Assembly (NCBI GenBank): GCA_012295275.1 | Contig: CM022665.1 | Coordinates: 558,001 to 622,000, forward strand | Direction: 5' to 3' | Origin: Chrysomallon squamiferum | Taxonomy: Eukaryota; Animalia; Mollusca | DNA: 64,000 nucleotides | Part shown: positions 55,594 to 64,000 of the stretch, in pieces | Layout: each line of letters starts with the position of its first letter | Numbering within the stretch: the first letter of the stretch is position 1 | Notes under the pieces: generated by a model | What the model saw: the letters and a program-made list of their open reading frames with translations, nothing else | The model's database searches: none | Told to the model about the DNA's origin: nothing | Program-made: the position numbers and the translations under genes

Positions 55594-56985
55594 TTCGTTT
55601 CCCAGGGAGATTTAATGTCTGGGAGATAACAACAACAACAAAACAACAACAACAACAATAATAATAGCTCTAGCTGTAGTAGTTGTAGTAGTATCGACAG
55701 TATTACAGATATCATATTTAAAAAATATTACAATTTGTCTTTTATGAACTTTATTATTATTATTATTATATTATTATTATTATTATTATGATGATGATTA
55801 TTATTATTAGTGTTGTTATTGTTGTTATTATTATTAATTAATTAATTAATAGTAACCAATAATAATTCCACTCCAATACTTCTGTTCTCGGTTTTCTTTA
55901 TAAATACTTTTTTTTTTTTTTTTGTTTATTATATTTTTTCATTCTTTCGTTTAATATATTTTTTATTTTTATTTTTTTTTTTTTTTAATATAAAAAGTTA
56001 CATTACCATTTCCTGTTTTATATATTTTTTGTGTTTTATGTTTTAATAATTTTTTTTTTTTTTTTTTTAGTTCGAGTTGATAGTGAAAAAAAATGGCTTT
56101 TTTTTTTAATGTCACTCAGAATCTTCATGCATTTTTGATCAGTGCACCATCACGAGATACGATTTTTTATTTTATTTTTTTATTTTTATTTTTTATTTTT
56201 TATTTTTTTATTTTTTTTTTTTTTTTTTTTTTGTTTAATAAAATATTTCCATTTTCAGTTTTGATAAACTAGATTTATTCTAGTCGTATTTCTCAGCTTA
56301 CTCGTCAGCGGTGACAACAAACATGCAGATGAATGCTGTTTACAAAACGAGTTTGACGTGTTTATCAAACTATTCAAACCGGTGGCGAACGTCGCCTCAA
56401 AAAAACATTAGAACTTTTTAAAAATAATAGAGTTACTCTCCATGGCTGCGGAAACGAACCACTGTAATTGGAGAAGACGAAATACAGACAAATAACCGTT
56501 CAATCAGCGAATGGCGTTGTGGTACATCTTCCCTAACGCGGAGTTTTTCAACCAGGAACATCTTACAGATGAACCAGTTGTTTGTCGATGAAGTTCGGTC
56601 AAAATAATCAGCTTGTGACAGGATTTCGCGTTTCGTGAGAAGTTCACTCCCCTTAATTATGATGATCATCAAAAGAACACGACTGCTTTCCAACAAATTG
56701 GTAGGAAGAAGTCACTACGGGGACATTATGTTCAATTATCCCCTGCATCGTTCGCCAGTTAACCGCAATAAAAATTTGAATATTATTTTCTAGAATTTAT
56801 AGTTGGTAAACGGACCCGCTGATTTTATTAATTTCAGCGAGAATGAAAGCTGAAATGACGAAACACATGCTAAAAATTATATACAATAAGATTTCCTACG
56901 TCATCTGAAATACAGGCTACAAAATAATCGCTTAAAATATTCTCTTAACTGTCTAAGAGTGACTTTTAATTTGTCCACTTGTTCG

Positions 56986-57017
<32 letters not shown>

Positions 57018-59530
57018 CGTGCGTGCGTGTGTGTTACTTTCTTTTATAATTTAATAATTTGGTATTTGTAATTAGAAATCTTTTAGTTTCGTAGGAAATG
57101 AAATTATTTGCGATATAGTTCTACATCATGAAAATATGCGATGACAAAACCATATTTATTTTCTGTCCTCTGTTAGACATTTCAGTATTTACTTGATATT
57201 GATTATGGAAATAAAGCTACAATCTATTCATTTACAATGGATGATTGCTTTGTAAATATGCTGAAACTGATTTAGATAGAATCTCGCTTTCCTACAAGTT
57301 CAACGATAAAGAGATTAAACGTAATATTTTACTTATTCTGAAGTTATGATATTTGTAATTAGCTGATTAGCTCGGACAGATTGCAAGGTTTAACCTACAA
57401 ACGATATTTTATACAAATTGGGGAATATTACTAATTAATTAAAAAAAAATTCATTAATCTGTATTAATATTTTTACTTAGGTTCTAGAAATAAAATGTTA
57501 TATTTCCAATACAAAAATTTGAAACTGTAGGCTTAGAAAAATAAATAAAAACTGTTGTCAAAATATTTATTTCTATAAAAGATAAATCAAAATTAGAAAT
57601 AATTAATATTTAACTTTAAATTAATAATTAAGCAGGTTTTATTGTTTGATGATTTTTTTTATTGTTCATTATCTTTTTAATTTTTAATTTCAATTATTTT
57701 AAACGTTTCTTCTTCCTCTTCTTCATCTTTTTATTTTTATTATTATTATTATTGTTGTTGTTGTTGTTGTTATTGTAGCTACTGTTGTTGTTTACCATTT
57801 TAATATTTTAACTATTATTTAATGACATTTTGTTTTAAATGTTTTCAACATCCTTATGTCATTTTTGTTGAAACAAAATATTGACCGTTCCCACTATTGT
57901 TTTCGTATGTGTGTTTGTTTTAAAGGGAAACTTAGTAAAATAATAAAATGTTGAACATTATCTGATATATAAATGGCAATGTTTGTTTTGTGATAAATAC
58001 ACTGGCGCACAGCAAGCCACAGAGCGGTTTCGCAGATAACAATATATTACTGAACTAAATGCTAACTGCATCTCTTGGTGCACGTGTGACATTCAGTGAA
58101 GATTAAAAACAGCACCATGTTCATCCCAAGTCATCATTAATCAATGGCGAATAACTTAGCAAATTAGAGGAAATAAATGACAGCCATACGGGTCCAGTTC
58201 TCCTGGGATTTGTTCGAATGTGTTTCACACGATTTATAAACTGTATATCTGAGTGACATTTAACCTTTCTCGCTAGGTTTCAGAACAGTTCCATCGATCA
58301 TTTAAATGGAGCTATTTCAGATTCATATTTTTCAATATTTATATTGAAATGATTTGGAACATTCCTGAAAGTACGTTTTATGACATTTTTTTTCTGTATG
58401 ACCCTTGTGCACTGAAATTAAGTACGAATTTACAGTCCGACACATTATGAAACGTATATCATCATTAACAGTATGAGATGAGTTCTTTAAAAGCATGTAT
58501 TTGCCAGTGATATGGCTGCCTTGTTAAAAACTCAAATTTAGTGACGTTATATATAAGAAACACAGCAGTTCAGCTGAACGATGTAGAATAGTCTCCTTGG
58601 AGTGCTGCAATATGTTTCAATCTCCGGATAAAAATGTATGATTTTATTTGAAGATAATTAAATAATTTTAAATAAGGAAATTGGGATGATGGCTATGATA
58701 ACTAATCTTCCAATTCTCTAGAAATAACTAGAAGTATTAGTTATGAGAAATGAAGGCAAACTGAAAATGATTTTAAAAAAGTGGGTGGGTGGGAATAAAT
58801 CTTTATTTTTAAGAGGATCGATAGGCCACTCTATCTCTGTAATAAGCTATATATCAGGCAGGCAATGCCTGCAGGCCTAATTTGTAACTGCGGCCCTGGT
58901 GGCGTGGTAAATTAGAGAACGATAAAAGATAGCAATTCCCAAACCTCGAAGGACAGTTCGTCCGTTACAGAGCATCATTGGAGATGAATGTAATATTTCA
59001 TCTTTAATAATTCGCTAACTTCTGTCTGTGCCCTTTGTCTCTTCCTTTTGCACATTTGTCATTGACGGTGACTGTGCGCGGTAGACCTAATCAAGACCAT
59101 CGCCTCTTGGGTGCGACTCCTGGTCCAGCCAGAAGGCTGTTATGGAAGCATGTATCTGCGGAAAACAGGATAACCAATAAAAAATCAGGATGCGCGTTAC
59201 TGGTTTTTTTCCACCATAATTGTATACCATAGACAGAGTGGCAGTCGTGTTATGAATTCATGTCTCCATGTTATCCTCAGTGTGCCTACGTCGCACTTTA
59301 GATGCATGATTTGAGAGAGATTTTGATTGTAATTAACGAAAGCGTCAGTGACTGAGAATGTCTGAATTACACGAGCGCGATAATAAACATCTTGTTTCCT
59401 CTTAATGCAATCAACAAAGATGCCAACCTTTAATATACATACCTATATACATATGAACATACATACATACATACATACATACAATTTGTTTTCTTTCCCT
59501 TCCTTTCTTTCTTAAACAATATAGTAGTCG

Positions 59531-59538
59531 TGACGTCA
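59531..59538. promoter_or_regulatory. Perfect CRE palindrome TGACGTCA
   Basis: Exact match to the CREB/ATF consensus; function unproven. Confidence 0.25.
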
Positions 59539-59876
59539 TCGCGTTGATTGCAGATAGAATAATAGCTTTATTCTGATGTTGTCAGAAACAAATATAGTTA
59601 TATCACTTCCTCGAAAGACATTAAAAATAAATAAATACATGTTCAGAGCTATTTACATAAACTATAATTTTCCGATTTTCTTTTGAGACAGCACTTAAAC
59701 AGAGAATATTATACGAATGTATAAATCTATCTAAACAAAAACTGAGGGATGTATGTACAGGTTCATGCTTACTGAAAGAAAATTAATAACTTTTATTACA
59801 TAAAAATATGTAATTTTATATTAATTTTATTTAAGGGAGAACTGTTGTTGTTGTTTTTTTCTCTTTTGTGCGGATT

Positions 59877-59972
59877 ATAAATAAAATAAAATAAAATGAA
59901 ATGAAATAAAATAAAATAAAATGAAATAAAATAAAATAAAATAAAATAAAATAAAATAAAATAAAATAAAAT
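59877..59972. repeat. (AAAAT)n pentanucleotide microsatellite
   Basis: Direct reading, with AAATG variants. Confidence 0.93.
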
Positions 59973-62033
59973 ATGAAGTTAAAACATATTAATAAAACTA
60001 ACATAACTGACTATATACAGGTAGAAAAAACTGTATAATGTTTTCTAAAAGATCTGTATTCTGAAAGTTTTTTTTGTTTTCTGTATTTTTTTTCCCCATT
60101 AATTCATATACTTTTTGTGTTGATTGCGCATTTATCGATACATTTGTAAAAAAAATATATTTGCTATGTAGCAGTACATTCTATTTTAACGAAGACGTTA
60201 GAAAATCAACTGTTATGACACGGAAAAATAATACAAGACACTTTAGTGTTAATAGCTCTTCCAGGAAAGCTATTAAGTCACGACTACAGAATAAAAATAA
60301 ACGGTACTCTTTTGATGTTTTTTTTTTTTGTTGTTGTTTTTTTTACCAAAAAATTCCCCTTATTAAATAATTTTTATAGACTGTTCTTTCATATAACTAC
60401 CCAACTTTTAACACTAAGAAAAAACCATATTTCATCAAATGAGAAATACTGAAACAAACCAAAACATTAATATGCAAACGCCAAATTGGTGCCCTGCAGA
60501 TCCTCACGAGTAAAAGAGGTTTTGGAACTTTTGGTCCTTTTCCAGTAACATCTACGTCACTTGTTTTGTCATTAGAAAATGACAGAAGGCGTAAAACTAC
60601 AACACCTCGCGAAATAATTTGAGCAATTTGATTGGTTATCGATTAGTCGTAAATCGGCCAACGAAGGATTATAGAAGAACGCCTGATGAATACTAATGTT
60701 TGCCATTTCTCTCAAGTCGTGTTTCACTCTTTCGTTTTATCAGACAAACAGACGCAGGCTAAACCTATGTACATAACAATGAATGTAACAAAAATACTAC
60801 AGAATATTATGTATTTTGTTATTATTGTTGTTCTCTGTGTTAATATTTACTCAAAAATACAAGTGATACTGTAAAGAAATAAAATCTGAAACAAATTATT
60901 ATAAAACTATTGGCATTCTGATTATTAAGAACAAATGTTTTATTTAGAATTTTATACATAGGCTTTGATAGATGAATTTCAGTTTCCAATAAACAGTCAA
61001 ATGTCTTCCTTATACCATAGTAATTCCAGTGGGTTTTTATCTAAATAATATTACACCGAATCATTCGATATATACAGTAATATTGATAAATTACAAAAGG
61101 TTGATGACATTATTTAGTTATATTAGTATGTTGAAAACAAAATAGTCACTTTATATCATTTTATTTATTATAAAATTTATTCCAAAGGAAACAAAAGTTT
61201 AGAAATTTTATTTAATTATTTATTCATATCCAGTATCATCTACTTTAAAATCATCTGGCCTTTTCGCTTCGCATACCTAAAACAGTATACATATTTTATA
61301 CATTTTAGTCACTAAATAAAAGTAAATAGAAAAAATACCCTGAATTTATTTTTAGATACATTTTACTTAAAATACAAAGCTAACTGTTGATACAGGACTA
61401 TAACCTATCTCTGTTATGAAACAGAAGTAAACCCTAATTAATAATTTCATTTTATTTAGGAAGCCAATTCTTGGGAACAGTCATTAATGTTCGAAAGATA
61501 AAATCACGTGTAACGAAATTACTATAAACTTTTATTGCTGGATAACCTCTGAGATTAGCAGTGGCTCTCGGTTTAAACAATGCGTAGATTGGACTTACTC
61601 TGTTGCCACACTGACCAGACACGATACACATGTTTATTATTTGTGTACAGTGAGACTTGTGTGTAGTTTTCACAATACATTTTCGGCAAAAACTGATACT
61701 TTTTTTTTATTATTTCAATAACTCGGACCATCTTGCTCATGATATCCAATTATTTACACATGGGTGGTTAATCATACGTGAGATTCGTGGAATCCATTTT
61801 ATTGCCTCAAGGCGTCATTGTGCCTAATTGATATGCTAGTTTCCTAACACCAAACTACACCCGATTTAATCAGGCTTGTGTGCTTCCTTTGTCCCCGAGA
61901 GACCTTACGAGCTAATCATTGAAACACGTGACATGAAATATTTTTCTTTTACTTTATAATATTTATGTACGTACTATTTTTTTTTTATTAATTAATAAAA
62001 TTTAAATAATGGTAAAACAAATAAATACTAATA

Positions 62034-62034
62034 C

Positions 62035-62095
<61 letters not shown>
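62034..62095. repeat. (AAT)n microsatellite
   Basis: Direct reading. Confidence 0.95.
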
Positions 62096-62096
<1 letters not shown>

Positions 62097-62613
62097 GCAA
62101 AAGTATGTTATTGTTTATATTTAATTTAAGTGAAATAGTATCTTGTGAATATTTTGTAAGAAAGGCATTTTTGGTAATTATATATAGTTATTTTAATTCG
62201 TCGCAAAAAGAGAAAAGCAGCATTATCTCAACAAAGAAGCGCGGATTACTGTAAATTAACATAAGTGTTTGCTGTGACTTATTAGTAATCCCTTGAATAA
62301 AGACATAGTACTAATAAAGACATGTGAAAACATACAACATTGCAAGAAGATTGTATATCTTAGTAGCAAAAAGTTTTATTTATTTTTTTATTTTTATTTT
62401 ATTTTATTTTATTTTATTTTATATTATTTATTTTTATTTATTTATTTATTTATTTTTTTATTTATCTATTTAATTATTTATTGACAATGACATTCATTTT
62501 GACAAATGAATAGACTGATGTATAGTTAGTGACAAGGAAATACAAATTTCCTTTTAGAAAGATTCGCTTCAGTTTGACAGTAAGTTATTTGTTCACACAG
62601 CCTGTCTAAGTCA

Positions 62614-62653
<40 letters not shown>

Positions 62654-63656
62654 ATGGAGTAAAATAAATCTTTAAAAAAAAAGGAAAGAAAGAGTATTAC
62701 GGTTAAGCCAATACAAAAAATTAAGTCTGTAGTTTTTGTAATATTTTCGCTAATTCGCTTTGGTTTAATTTTTATTTATTATTATTTTTTTTTTTTTTCA
62801 AGGAAATAAAAATAATAATAAATACGAAAAGTTTTCGTTAATCTAATTTTAAGTTCATTTGTAATATTTTGTTCAGTGCTTGGTGCGAGGGACTCGATAA
62901 TACGTCTGGAATAATAATCGAACAAAACCCACAAATCGTATCACCTGGTCGATGCTGTGAAAAGAAAAAAAAAAGCATTTCATCGTTAAGATCCATTATG
63001 TAGACAGTGAGCAAACAACACTCTAACCAAATATTACGCCAAGGATTTGTTCAGAAACCTATCGGATTTCAATCTCATTTTAAAACTGACAGGCATTTAT
63101 CGTTTTAAGTCTAACACTAGCTGTGGTTACCAGAGTGGGAGGGCCCAAGCAAAAAGAGCACAACAAAGATGGTGTTACAAGGGTTAATTGAAACAAAACT
63201 TTAAAAAGCTCCCTTTTTCGGCCTGCCTATTCTCATATTGAAAAAGTGAGGAGTAGTGCAGCTGCAAAACCTCTATGTTATTGCTTTGCCTAAATTTAAA
63301 ATAAAGGTCTAGGGTTACAGAAATATTTTATCTTTTAAAAAATATAATTTTTATAAGATACATAGTTAAATATTACTGATACTGATATAATGTGCGCCTG
63401 CTTACATATAAGCAATCGCCCCCAGCGCAAATGTGAAGAAATAATCAGAGGAAAAGATAAGAAAGAAAAATTACTGACAGTGGAAACTGTCACTCTCAGC
63501 TGAAACCATGGCAACTATGTTTGTCTTTTGTTTATTTTTTAATTCTTTTTATATATATATATATATCGTTCACGTACAGATTCAGTATAGCACAGCCTTC
63601 ATATCAGATTTGTGCTAGTTTTATTTATATTTATATATTATTCATTTCTTCACCAG

Positions 63657-63762
63657 GTATACAGAAGAAAATGACTCGAGTTACAGCATGCAACAGTTCT
63701 TGGAACGGAAGAGATGTGTTCTGCAGATTTATAGCGAAAATGTTGGATGTTCATCATATCAG
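63657..63762 (+). CDS. Probable internal exon (106 nt) of a + strand gene, possibly containing the start codon; product unidentified
   Basis: Pyrimidine tract and acceptor ttcatttcttcacCAG (63656), donor CAG|GTATGT (63762/63763), GC-richer than both flanks. Two frames are open: YTEENDSSYSMQQFLERKRCVLQIYSENVGCSSYQ and IQKKMTRVTACNSSWNGRDVFCRFIAKMLDVHHI. Confidence 0.6.
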
Positions 63763-64000
63763 GTATGTTTTCAGAATTAAATCTTTAAAAGTAGTATGAA
63801 TAATGAACTTACTTCTCTTTTATTATTATTATTTATTAATTAATTATTTACTTTAATTTAATTAATTTTTTATTTTATTTATTTATTTATTTTATTTTTA
63901 TTTTTATTTTTTATTTTTTTGGAGGAGGAGGATGAATGACTTAAAATTCTTTTTGTAAACTCTGTGTTGAAATATTTTTTGTATAATAAAATTACAGATA

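Noticed and set aside
63688-63762. Resemblance of VLQIYSENVGCSSYQ to the start of a Ras-association (RA) domain, and of YTEENDSSYS to semaphorin N-termini
   Set aside because: Too short, frame uncertain, and diagnostic residues (e.g. the semaphorin GAR motif) are absent. No gene symbol assigned.

Overview
This is very AT-rich (roughly 70% by eye), microsatellite-dense eukaryotic DNA. It is most consistent with intronic or intergenic sequence of an invertebrate animal (lophotrochozoan/mollusc-like; low-confidence inference). I recognise no protein family, rRNA, tRNA, CRISPR array or intact transposon, and almost all ORF-track entries are simple-repeat artefacts. The window is a mosaic of ~150-500 bp complex, CpG-retaining islands (about one per kb) separated by low-complexity spacers. 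Several strong + strand splice signals suggest the 5' part of one large, intron-rich + strand gene: donors after 7921, 9574, 30284, 50830 and 63762, a well-formed 14-nt microexon at 23434-23447, and a 106-nt exon at 63657-63762. A candidate promoter and first exon at ~50.8 kb may splice to a small ORF with a hydrophobic segment at 52036-52242. There are also two degenerate minisatellites (48 bp and ~37 bp), an apparent excess of CACGTG E-boxes and several inverted microsatellite pairs. I cannot demonstrate a new biological system from the sequence alone; the findings are hypotheses.
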